Assembly (NCBI GenBank): GCA_046295255.1
Contig: JBKBNS010000006.1
Span: 3,580-67,579, forward strand
Length of the DNA stretch: 64,000 nucleotides
Direction of reading: 5' to 3'
Origin: Glycocaulis sp.
GTDB taxonomy: Bacteria; Pseudomonadota; Alphaproteobacteria; Caulobacterales; Maricaulaceae
This document shows, one piece after another, positions 29,235 through 37,807 of this stretch. The notes beneath the pieces are model-generated. The model worked only from the letters and a program-made list of their open reading frames with translations, was not told the DNA's origin and did no database searches. Both the position numbers and the translations under genes were made by a program. The stretch's first letter is position 1. Each line of letters starts with the position of its first letter.

Positions 29235-29340
29235 CTTCGTCCCCTCCCCGTGTCGTTTATCGTGCGGTCAGTGTGCATGCCGGAGCGGGGCGCGCAATCG
29301 CCCGCTTGCGCGATTGGATGGGCGGCCGCACAGTCCCGCC

Positions 29341-29757
29341 ATGAGCCATATCGACCCCACCCGCGACGCCTTCAATCTTTTCAAGGGTCTCGACCGCACC
29401 CAGCCGGTCGAGATGCTGAACCTGCTGCGGTTCCGCGAGACCGCCGCCTATCCCGACGGCAGGGAGGCGACGGGCATGGAAGCCTATCAGGCCTATGGCC
29501 GAGAAAGCGCGCCCGTCTTCCAGCGGGTCGGTGGCAGGATCATCTGGCGCGGCCAGCCACAGCTCACCCTGATCGGGCCTGCCGACGAGCGCTGGGACAT
29601 GGCCTTCATCGCAGCCTATCCGAGCGCAAACGCGTTCCTCGAAATGGTCACCGACCCGCACTATCAGGCCAACGCCGTGCCGCACCGTCAGGCGGCTGTG
29701 GCCGATAGCCGGCTGGTGCGTCATGCGGCGCTGCCGGTGGGAGATATGTTCGGCTAG
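29341..29757 (+). CDS. DUF1330 family protein
   Basis: MLNLLRF, AYQAYG, ERWD, YPS and HRQAAVADSRL motifs. Confidence 0.8.
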   Translation: MSHIDPTRDAFNLFKGLDRTQPVEMLNLLRFRETAAYPDGREATGMEAYQAYGRESAPVFQRVGGRIIWRGQPQLTLIGPADERWDMAFIAAYPSANAFLEMVTDPHYQANAVPHRQAAVADSRLVRHAALPVGDMFG

Positions 29758-30425
29758 ACGCCCAGCAGCTTTGCCAGCTCGTCCACGCTGGCGGCATAGG
29801 CCGGTGCCCTGGCCGCCACCGGATCACGCCGCACCACCCCGCCAAAGCCGATAAAGGCGTCGGCTGCGCCGTCTGCGAAGGCTTCGTAATCGGTCATGCC
29901 ATCGCCGACCATGACGGCGGTCGAGGCGTCGGTGAGGGTTTTCAGCGCGCGCACGGCCACCGCCTTGCCGCCCGAGCGCGATAGCGGGTTATCCCGGTCA
30001 AAGCCGGTGACGGCACCTGCCTCGTCATATTCGAACCGGTTCGCCCGCACATCGCCCGGCATGAAGCCGAGCGTGGAGAGCGCCGGGCCGAGCAGTTCCA
30101 GAAACCCGCCGGAGACCGCGAACACGCCATGGCCCTTCTCGCGCAGAGCGCCTGTCAGCTCGAACATGCCGGGCGTGATCCGCTCTGCCAGAGCGACAGA
30201 GGCGGGCAGAATATCCCCGGTGGTCAGACCCGCCATGAATATGCGCTGTTCCAGCGATTGGCGGAAATCGAGCGCGCCCGCCATGCCCTGATCGGTGATC
30301 GCGGCCAGCGCCTCGGCGCGCGCCTTGCCGCCGGGCTGGCCCGCGAGCGCGCGGGCCACCGCAAAATCGAGGCTCTCCACCGACAATAGCGTGGAATCCA
30401 CGTCAAAGATGATGATGCGTGTCAT
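29754..30425 (-). CDS. HAD-IB phosphatase, phosphoserine phosphatase-like
   Basis: FDVDST, VSGGF, K and GDGMTD motifs. Confidence 0.85.
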   Translation of the reverse strand: MTRIIIFDVDSTLLSVESLDFAVARALAGQPGGKARAEALAAITDQGMAGALDFRQSLEQRIFMAGLTTGDILPASVALAERITPGMFELTGALREKGHGVFAVSGGFLELLGPALSTLGFMPGDVRANRFEYDEAGAVTGFDRDNPLSRSGGKAVAVRALKTLTDASTAVMVGDGMTDYEAFADGAADAFIGFGGVVRRDPVAARAPAYAASVDELAKLLGV

Positions 30426-30453
30426 GTGTCCCGCCTGCCCCCCTGAAGGCTTT

Positions 30454-31122
30454 TCAGCCCGCCGCGCTGATCCCGGTGCCGATGGGGCAGGTCACGCCGG
30501 TGCCGCCAATCCCGCAATAGCCTTGAGGGTTCTTGGCAAGATATTGCTGGTGATAATCCTCGGCATAATAGAACGGCCCGGCCTCGCGGATCTCGGTCGT
30601 GACCGCGCCGCGGCCTGCCTCCTTCAGCGCCGCCTCATAGGCTTTGGCTGAGCTTTCCGCGATCTTCTTCTGGTGCTTGCTGGTCCAGTAAATGGCCGAG
30701 CGGTACTGCGTGCCGATATCATTGCCCTGACGCATGCCTTGCGTCGGGTCGTGGCTCTCCCAGAACACTTTCAGAAGCGTCTCAAAGGCGATTTTCTGCG
30801 GATCGAAGACGATGCGCACGACTTCGGTGTGGCCGGTGCGCCCGGAGCACACTTCCTCATAGGTGGGGTTCGGCGTGATGCCGCCCGCATAGCCCGCCGC
30901 CGTGTTGACCACGCCCGGCAATTGCCAGAACACGCGCTCCACGCCCCAGAAACAGCCCATGGCGAGGATCGCTTCCTCATGACCCTCCGGCACGGGGGCC
31001 TTGAGCGTGCCGCCCTTCACATAATGGCTGGCCGCCGTCGGGATGGCCTGTATCCGCCCCGGCAGGGCTTCGCCGGCGGGCACCAGACGGGTCTTGTATT
31101 CGGTATCGGAACGCAGGCGCAT
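30454..31122 (-). CDS. msrA: Peptide methionine sulfoxide reductase A
   Basis: [25 protein letters not shown] and AEDYHQQYL motifs; ATG 31122 with a GGAGA RBS. Confidence 0.96.
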   Translation of the reverse strand: MRLRSDTEYKTRLVPAGEALPGRIQAIPTAASHYVKGGTLKAPVPEGHEEAILAMGCFWGVERVFWQLPGVVNTAAGYAGGITPNPTYEEVCSGRTGHTEVVRIVFDPQKIAFETLLKVFWESHDPTQGMRQGNDIGTQYRSAIYWTSKHQKKIAESSAKAYEAALKEAGRGAVTTEIREAGPFYYAEDYHQQYLAKNPQGYCGIGGTGVTCPIGTGISAAG

Positions 31123-31298
31123 CAGGGTCTCCGCAGCGCGATCAGGGCCGTCACCAGCAAAGATAAGCATCGCGCCCGCATCCGTCACCTGCACGCAGGC
31201 GGTTTTCGCTGTCATGAGGCGCCGCGCAGGGGGCCGTCTGGCCATGCGCTTTGCGCGCTTGACTGGCGGGCGGCTTGAAGTAGGTTGCCCCGCCTTGC

Positions 31299-31388
31299 GG
31301 TGAGGTGGCCGAGTGGTCGAAGGCGCACGCCTGGAACGCGTGTAGGCGGGAAACCGTCTCGTGGGTTCGAATCCCACCCTCACCGCCA
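31299..31388 (+). tRNA. tRNA-Ser(GGA)
   Basis: GGTGAGG...CCTCACC acceptor stem, anticodon arm CACGC-CTGGAAC-GCGTG, long variable arm, GGTTCGAATCC, encoded CCA; 90 nt. Confidence 0.97.
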
Positions 31389-31566
31389 GCCATTCCCGGC
31401 TTTGCGGTTCTTGATTGGCGTACGGTCACACCCGGGTGAACAAATCCCGGAAAAGGCGCAGGCCGCTCTGTTCAGCCAGCCATTGATCTCAGCCATACTG
31501 GCGGCGGGCAGGGCTTTGTCCTAGAACGCCGTGGTCAGCCATGACCGGATCAGGGACGAAGCGCGG

Positions 31567-32499
31567 GTGAGCGAGGCCATTTTCATTACCGGCGCGGCGG
31601 GCCTTGTCGGCCAGAACCTGATCGCCCATCTGGTGCGCGCCGGGATCACGAATATCGTCGCCGCCGACAAGCACAGCGCCAATCTGGCCGTGCTCGCCCG
31701 CCTGCACCCGCAGATCACCATTATCGATGCTGACCTTGCCGAGCCCGGAGCGTGGCAGGAGACGCTTGCCGCCTGCCCCCGCGCGGTTTTCCTGCATGCC
31801 CAGATTGGCGGGCTCGATGAAGCCGCGTTTGAGCGCAACAACATCATCGCCACGCGTAACTGCCTTGATGCGATCTCTGGCAGTGAGTGCCGCTATCTCG
31901 TCCATGTCAGCTCGTCGGTGGTGAACTCGGCGGCGGACGATCTCTACAAGCGCTCCAAGGCGGCGCAGGAGGCGCTGGTAGCGCAGAGCGCGATGAAGCA
32001 GGTGATCCTGCGCCCGACGCTGATGTTTGGCTGGTTTGACCGCAAGCATCTGGGCTGGCTGCAGCGCTTCATGAAGCGCGTGCCCGTGTTTCCGGTGCCC
32101 GGCCACGGGCGCTATCGCCGCCAGCCGCTCTATGCGGGTGATTTCTCGGCGATCATCGCGGCCTGCCTGATGAGCGAGATTACCGGCACGCACAACATCT
32201 CCGGCCTTGAGGAGGTCGATTATATCGATCTAATCACCATTATGCGCGATGTCAGCGGGCTGAAGACGCCCATCGTGAAACTGCCCTATGGCGTGTTCGC
32301 CGCGCTATTGCGCGCCTATGCCCTCATTGACCGCGATCCGCCCTTTACGGTCCATCAGCTGGAAGCCCTCGTGATCCCGGAAGTATTCGAGGCAACCGAC
32401 TGGCCAGGGATTTTCGGCGTGCGCGCGACCCCGCTGGCGGAAGCGCTGAAAGAGACCTTCACCCATCCTGACTACGCCGATATCGAGCTCGCCTTCTGA
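31567..32499 (+). CDS. NAD-dependent epimerase/dehydratase (extended SDR)
   Basis: ITGAAGLVG, VSSS, YKRSK and LRP motifs; GTG start. Confidence 0.88.
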   Translation: MSEAIFITGAAGLVGQNLIAHLVRAGITNIVAADKHSANLAVLARLHPQITIIDADLAEPGAWQETLAACPRAVFLHAQIGGLDEAAFERNNIIATRNCLDAISGSECRYLVHVSSSVVNSAADDLYKRSKAAQEALVAQSAMKQVILRPTLMFGWFDRKHLGWLQRFMKRVPVFPVPGHGRYRRQPLYAGDFSAIIAACLMSEITGTHNISGLEEVDYIDLITIMRDVSGLKTPIVKLPYGVFAALLRAYALIDRDPPFTVHQLEALVIPEVFEATDWPGIFGVRATPLAEALKETFTHPDYADIELAF

Positions 32500-33833
32500 T
32501 GACCGGCACTGCCCCTGATACCGCCGAGATGTGCCGCCGCGTGATCGTCCTCGGTGCGGGACCGATGGGACTTGCCGCCGCCTATGAAGCGGTAAAGCGC
32601 GGCTATCAGGTCGACGTGCTGGAAGCGGGCGATGTGCCGGGCGGCATGGCGGCGCATTTCGACTTTGACGGCCTCTCCATCGAGCGCTTCTACCATTTCT
32701 GCTGCCTGTCAGATACGCACACGCTGGCGCTGCTGGAGGAGCTCGGCCTTGGCGGTGCGATGCAGTGGGTCACCACGCGCATGGGCTTTCATCTGGAAGG
32801 CCGGCTGATCGACTGGGGCCATCCGGTAGCCCTGCTCAAGGCCCCCGGCATCGATCTCCTCACCAAGCTGCGCTACGGCCTTCTGGCCTTCACCTCGACG
32901 CGGCGTTCACGCTGGCAGCACCTTGATGCCCTCAGCGCGGAACGCTGGATTACGCACTGGATTGGCGAAAAGGCCTATGACCGGCTGTGGCGGCCGCTCA
33001 TGGCGCTGAAATTCCACGAGTATGCCGACAAGGTCTCTGCCGCCTGGATCTGGCAGCGCATGAAGCGTCTGGGAACATCGCGGGCTTCGCTGTTTGAGGA
33101 GCACCTTGGCTATATCGAAGGCGGCAGCGAAACGCTGATCAACGCACTCGTCAAAGCCATCACCGACCGAGGCGGACGCATCCATTGCGGACAGGCCGCC
33201 ACGCGCTTCCTGATCAACGATGGCGCGGTTGAAGGCGTAGTGACGGCGGGAGGGGAGACCTTCCACGCAGGTCAGGTGATCTCGACCATTCCGACACCCT
33301 ACGTGCCCGCCCTTTTTGATGACGCGTACGCGGCCCTGAAGGCACCCTACGAGCGCATCGCGAATATCGGGGTGGTGTGCGTCGTCCTGAAGCTGAAACG
33401 CTCTGTAAGCGCGAATTTCTGGGTCAATATCAGCGATACTGAGATCGGGGTGCCGGGCTTTGTGGAGTTCTCGAATCTGCGCCCCCTGCCCGATACGGTG
33501 GTCTATGTACCCTGGTACATGCCGCACACGCATGAGACCTTCGCCCGCGAGGATGACTGGTTCATCGCCCGCAGCCTTGAGTATCTCGCCCGCGTGAATC
33601 CTGAGATCACAAGCGATGACCTGATCGCCGCCCATGTTGGCCGTCTCAAACACGCCCAACCGATCTGTGAGACCGGCTTTGCGGATATGATCCCCGATCC
33701 GGCGACGCCGGTGAAAGGCCTTCAGATCGCCGATACCAGCTTCTACTATCCCGAAGACCGGGGCGTATCAGAGAGCATCGCCTATGCGCAGCGGCTCGTG
33801 GCAGCACTCAAACCTGCAGGCGGCACGCCATGA
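32499..33833 (+). CDS. FAD-dependent oxidoreductase (amine oxidase/PPO-like family)
   Basis: GAGPMG, E..DVPGG, IERFYH and YPEDRG motifs. Confidence 0.85.
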   Translation: MTGTAPDTAEMCRRVIVLGAGPMGLAAAYEAVKRGYQVDVLEAGDVPGGMAAHFDFDGLSIERFYHFCCLSDTHTLALLEELGLGGAMQWVTTRMGFHLEGRLIDWGHPVALLKAPGIDLLTKLRYGLLAFTSTRRSRWQHLDALSAERWITHWIGEKAYDRLWRPLMALKFHEYADKVSAAWIWQRMKRLGTSRASLFEEHLGYIEGGSETLINALVKAITDRGGRIHCGQAATRFLINDGAVEGVVTAGGETFHAGQVISTIPTPYVPALFDDAYAALKAPYERIANIGVVCVVLKLKRSVSANFWVNISDTEIGVPGFVEFSNLRPLPDTVVYVPWYMPHTHETFAREDDWFIARSLEYLARVNPEITSDDLIAAHVGRLKHAQPICETGFADMIPDPATPVKGLQIADTSFYYPEDRGVSESIAYAQRLVAALKPAGGTP

Positions 33834-34231
33834 CGCGCGAATTCATCGCCTTCGTACTGGCGGGCGGGATAGCCGCCGGGGTGAACTGGGCTTCCAATCT
33901 CGCTTTGCACCTTTTCATGCCGCTGCAGGTCTCGGTGGTGATCGCGTATCTCATCGGCATGACAACGGCTTACACGCTGAACCGGCTCTACGTGTTCAAA
34001 GCCAGCGGGCGCGCCGTGCCGGAGGAATATGGCCGCTTTGCTATCGTCAATGCCGTAGCGCTGGCGCAGGTCTGGCTGGTGACGATCGGTCTGTATGAGC
34101 TCTTGATGCCCGCTATTGGCTGGACGCTCTGGCCAGCAGAGATCGCCCACGCGATTGGCGTGGCTTCGCCCGTCATCACCAGCTATTTCGGACACCGCTA
34201 TTTCACCTTCGGGCCAAAGCGGCCAGACTGA
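33830..34231 (+). CDS. GtrA-family lipid-sugar flippase-like protein
   Basis: 133 aa, 4 TM, YTLNRLYVF and HRYFTF motifs. Confidence 0.85.
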   Translation: MTREFIAFVLAGGIAAGVNWASNLALHLFMPLQVSVVIAYLIGMTTAYTLNRLYVFKASGRAVPEEYGRFAIVNAVALAQVWLVTIGLYELLMPAIGWTLWPAEIAHAIGVASPVITSYFGHRYFTFGPKRPD

Positions 34232-34255
34232 GCTTATTCGTTTCAGGACAACGCC

Positions 34256-35680
34256 TTGACCCGCTCCCTGCCTCTGATTGTCGATCTGGATGAAACCCTG
34301 CTGCGTACCGACACGCTGCTGGAAGCGATCGCGCATCTGGCGTCCAACCATCCGGTAAAGCTGCTGGTGGCGGTTGGCGCGCTTGCAAAAGGCCGTCCGG
34401 CCTTCAAGCGGGCCCTCACAGAAGCGGCCGATCTTGATATCGCGATCCTGCCGGTCCGCGCCGACCTTCTCACATGGCTGCAGGGCGAGAAATCGAACGG
34501 CCGGGAGATCCATCTCGTCACCGGCGCGGATCAGGCCATGGCCGACGCGGTCGCCGCCCATTTCGCCCTGTTCGACAGTGCAACGGGTAGCGGCAAGGGC
34601 GTGAACCTGAAAGGCCGCAACAAGCAGACCTTCCTGCGCCAGCGTTTTCCCGATGGCTATGTCTATGCAGGCGACAACCCGGCAGACCTGCATATCTGGC
34701 GCGATGCGGACGGTATCGTGCTGGCAGGCGTGACGGACGCGACCCGGCGCAAGGCAATTGCCTTGCAAAAGCCCATCGAGGCAGACTTCACCCATCCGCC
34801 AAGCGGCCCCGGCCTGTGGGTGGAGGCATTGCGCCTGCATCACTGGACCAAGAATCTGCTGGTCTTCATCCCGCTGATCCTCAGCGGGCTCTACAGCGAA
34901 CCATCCGCCATTCTCGCTGCCGTCATGGCGTTCATCGCGCTCGGCCTCGTCGCCTCAGGCAGCTATATCGTCAACGATCTGGCAGACCTCGCCGCCGACC
35001 GCAGCCACCGCACCAAGCACACACGCGCGCTCGCCTCCGGCCAGCTGCCGCTGAAATACGGGTTTGCCGCCGCGCCGCTCCTCATCCTTGCAGGTCTTGC
35101 CGTGGCGGCGCTCGGCGGCTGGCAGGCCTTCATCGCCATCACCGCCTATCTGGTGATTACGCTCGGCTATTCTTTCTGGCTGAAGCGCAAGCCGATCGTG
35201 GACGTGATGGTGCTGGCAGGCCTGTTCACGCTGCGCCTGCTCGCCGGAACGGTGATCATCGGGGCGGACGTGTCCTTCTGGCTGTTGAGCTTTGCCGCCT
35301 TCTTCTTCCTGTCGCTATCGCTCGCCAAGCGCCATACCGAGATCGTCAACGTGCCTGCAGGCACGCCGCTGAACGGGCGGGGCTATACGGGCGATGACGC
35401 GCCGTTCACGCTGGCGGCGGGACTGACATCGGGCATGGCGGCGCTGGTCATCCTCAGCCTCTATGTCGCAGAGGACGCAAGCCCGCTGGCGCTCTATGGC
35501 GAACCGGCCCTGCTGTGGGCAGCGCCCGTGCTGATCGGGGCGTGGGTGTTGCGGATATGGCTATTGGCCCATCGCGGGACCTTGAGAGACGACCCGGTAT
35601 CGTTCGCGGTCAGTGATCCGGTGAGCATCGGTCTTGGCGTGGTGCTCGCCATCGCCTTTGCCGGAGCGCGCTTCCTGTGA
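34256..35680 (+). CDS. HAD domain fused to a UbiA-family polyprenyl-phosphate phosphoribosyltransferase
   Basis: N-terminal VDLDETL and YAGD...D; C-terminal R.HHWTKNLLVF, YIVNDLAD...DR.H..K..R and KRHTE motifs. Confidence 0.88.
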   Translation: MTRSLPLIVDLDETLLRTDTLLEAIAHLASNHPVKLLVAVGALAKGRPAFKRALTEAADLDIAILPVRADLLTWLQGEKSNGREIHLVTGADQAMADAVAAHFALFDSATGSGKGVNLKGRNKQTFLRQRFPDGYVYAGDNPADLHIWRDADGIVLAGVTDATRRKAIALQKPIEADFTHPPSGPGLWVEALRLHHWTKNLLVFIPLILSGLYSEPSAILAAVMAFIALGLVASGSYIVNDLADLAADRSHRTKHTRALASGQLPLKYGFAAAPLLILAGLAVAALGGWQAFIAITAYLVITLGYSFWLKRKPIVDVMVLAGLFTLRLLAGTVIIGADVSFWLLSFAAFFFLSLSLAKRHTEIVNVPAGTPLNGRGYTGDDAPFTLAAGLTSGMAALVILSLYVAEDASPLALYGEPALLWAAPVLIGAWVLRIWLLAHRGTLRDDPVSFAVSDPVSIGLGVVLAIAFAGARFL

Positions 35681-37017
35681 CGGCCCCTTCCCCAAAGCTT
35701 GATGCCGCGCGCCGCTCCTGGGGACGCCTCGCCACAGGGCCGCACCAGACGCTGCGCCCACGCTTACGAGAAGCCGCCATCGCGGCGCTGGAGGCGGCAG
35801 GAAGGGCCGGAGCCAGCACCCTGCCGCACGGGCTCGGGCGCTCTTATGGCGACAGCAATCTGAACCCTGATGGCCAGCTCATCCTCTGCCGGGGGCTGGA
35901 CCATTTCATCGCGTTTGACCGCGAGACCGGCATCGTGCGCGCTGAAGGCGGCGTCAGTCTTGATGACATCTTGCGCCTCTGCGCGCCGCACGGTTTCTTC
36001 CTTCCCGTCAGCCCCGGCACGCGTCAGGTGACGCTGGGCGGTGCCATCGCCAATGACGTGCACGGCAAGAACCATCACCGGGCTGGCACTTTCGGTTGCC
36101 ATGTCCGGTCCCTGACGCTTGCCCGCTCCGATGGCAGCGTGACCGAGCTCACCCCCGATGATACGACAGGGCTCTTCGCGGCGACGATTGGCGGGCTGGG
36201 GCTGACCGGCCTCATCCTTGAGGCAGAGATCGCACTTGTGAGGATCCCGTCCGCCTATCTGGCCCGGCGCATCGACCGCTTCGCCAATATCGCCGAATTC
36301 CTGGAACTCGCCAGCGAACGCTCGAGCGAGTTTGAGCACACGGTGGCGTGGGTGGACTGTACCGCGACCGGTGACCGGCTGGGTCAGGGCGTGTTCACCA
36401 GCGCCAGCTGGGCAAAAGAAGGCGGCCACTCCCTCAAGCCTGCGCGCAGCCTGCCCGGTTTGCCTTTAGACCTGCCGGGCTTTGCGCTCAACCGCTGGAC
36501 GCTCAAAGCCTTCAATCAGGTCTGGCGCTGGCGGCAGGGCATCAAGCCGCAAACCGCGCGCGAGGCGTGGCCGGGCCTCTTCCACCCGCTGGATGCGCTG
36601 CCGGGCTGGAACCGGCTTTACGGCGCGAAGGGCTTCTACCAGCATCAGTGCGTGATCCCGTTTGCGCCCGCGCAAGAGACGCTGACCGCCATGCTGGCGC
36701 GCATTGCCGCCTCCGGTCAGGGCTCGTTCCTTGCCGTGCTGAAGACGTTTGGTGATCTGCCCTCTCCGGGCCTGCTCTCGTTTCCGGCGCCGGGCGTGAC
36801 ACTGGCGCTCGACTTTGCCAACAAGGGCGCGAAGACCCGCGCGCTACTGGCTGATCTGGACGCGATGGTGGTCGAGGCGGGCGGGCGGCTCTATCCGGCC
36901 AAGGACGCGCATATGAGCGCGCAGACATTCAAGGCGGGCTATCCGTCATGGGAGGCGCTGGAAGCAGTACGCGATCCGGCCATCTCCTCAGCTTTCTGGA
37001 GGCGGGTAACGCAATGA
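35677..37017 (+). CDS. DprE1-like FAD-linked polyprenylphosphoryl-ribose 2'-oxidase
   Basis: GLGRSYGD, VSPGT..VTLGGAIANDVHGKNHH, LAVLKTFG and GGRLYPAKD motifs. Confidence 0.9.
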   Translation: MTAPSPKLDAARRSWGRLATGPHQTLRPRLREAAIAALEAAGRAGASTLPHGLGRSYGDSNLNPDGQLILCRGLDHFIAFDRETGIVRAEGGVSLDDILRLCAPHGFFLPVSPGTRQVTLGGAIANDVHGKNHHRAGTFGCHVRSLTLARSDGSVTELTPDDTTGLFAATIGGLGLTGLILEAEIALVRIPSAYLARRIDRFANIAEFLELASERSSEFEHTVAWVDCTATGDRLGQGVFTSASWAKEGGHSLKPARSLPGLPLDLPGFALNRWTLKAFNQVWRWRQGIKPQTAREAWPGLFHPLDALPGWNRLYGAKGFYQHQCVIPFAPAQETLTAMLARIAASGQGSFLAVLKTFGDLPSPGLLSFPAPGVTLALDFANKGAKTRALLADLDAMVVEAGGRLYPAKDAHMSAQTFKAGYPSWEALEAVRDPAISSAFWRRVTQ

Positions 37018-37781
37018 GTGAAGTGCCCACACCCCGCAAGATACTGATCCTTGGCGCGCTATCGGCGATTGCCATCGCATCGGCCCGCCGTCTTGCCCCT
37101 AGGGCCGCGTCTTTCGTGCTGGTCGCCCGCAACGAAGCAGCGCTGAAGCGCGAAGCGGCAGACCTGATCGCGCGCGGCGCAGCGCAAGCGGAAATCATCA
37201 CGGCTGATCTGGCCGCACCCGGCGACCGGGACGCGCTGATCGCCAAGGCCGCAAAGTTGATGAGCGGGCTCGATACGCTCTGGCTATTCTACGGCTATCT
37301 GGGCGACCAGACCGCCGCCGAAACCGATTCCGATGAGGCCGCCCGCATCATCGCCGTGAACTATGCGAGCGCGGCCCACTGGATCCTCGCCAGTGCGCCG
37401 CATCTGGAGATGGCCGGACGCCGGGGCGTGCTTCTCACTGCGTCGTCTGTTGCCGGAGACAGGGGGCGGCGCTCCAATTATGTCTACGGCTCGGCCAAGG
37501 CAGGGCTTTCGGTACTCATGCAGGGCCTTGCCCACAAATGGGCCGCCCGCAGCGATGCCCCGCGCGCCGTCAACTTGAAGCTCGGCTTCGTGGACACGCC
37601 GATGACGGACGGGTTTGAAAAGTCCGGCCCGCTCTGGGCCAGCCCGGAGACCATTGCAGGCTATGTGGAAAGGGCTACCGCCAAGGGCGGGCCTGTTCTC
37701 TACGCGCCCTGGTTCTGGCGCTTGATCATGATCGCTGTGCGGCTCACCCCGGACATGATATTCCGGCGCGTGAACCTTTAG
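37014..37781 (+). CDS. DprE2-like SDR (2-keto-pentose reductase)
   Basis: GALSAIA, SSVAGDRGRRSNYVYGSAK and GFVDTPMT motifs; ATGA-coupled to the DprE1-like gene. Confidence 0.88.
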   Translation: MSEVPTPRKILILGALSAIAIASARRLAPRAASFVLVARNEAALKREAADLIARGAAQAEIITADLAAPGDRDALIAKAAKLMSGLDTLWLFYGYLGDQTAAETDSDEAARIIAVNYASAAHWILASAPHLEMAGRRGVLLTASSVAGDRGRRSNYVYGSAKAGLSVLMQGLAHKWAARSDAPRAVNLKLGFVDTPMTDGFEKSGPLWASPETIAGYVERATAKGGPVLYAPWFWRLIMIAVRLTPDMIFRRVNL

Positions 37782-37807
37782 GCTGTACCGGCATCGCGGG
37801 GGACAGG

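Noticed and set aside
30454-31383. 309-aa extended MsrA overlapping the tRNA
   Set aside because: The extension is the antisense of tRNA-Ser; the RBS supports a start at 31122.
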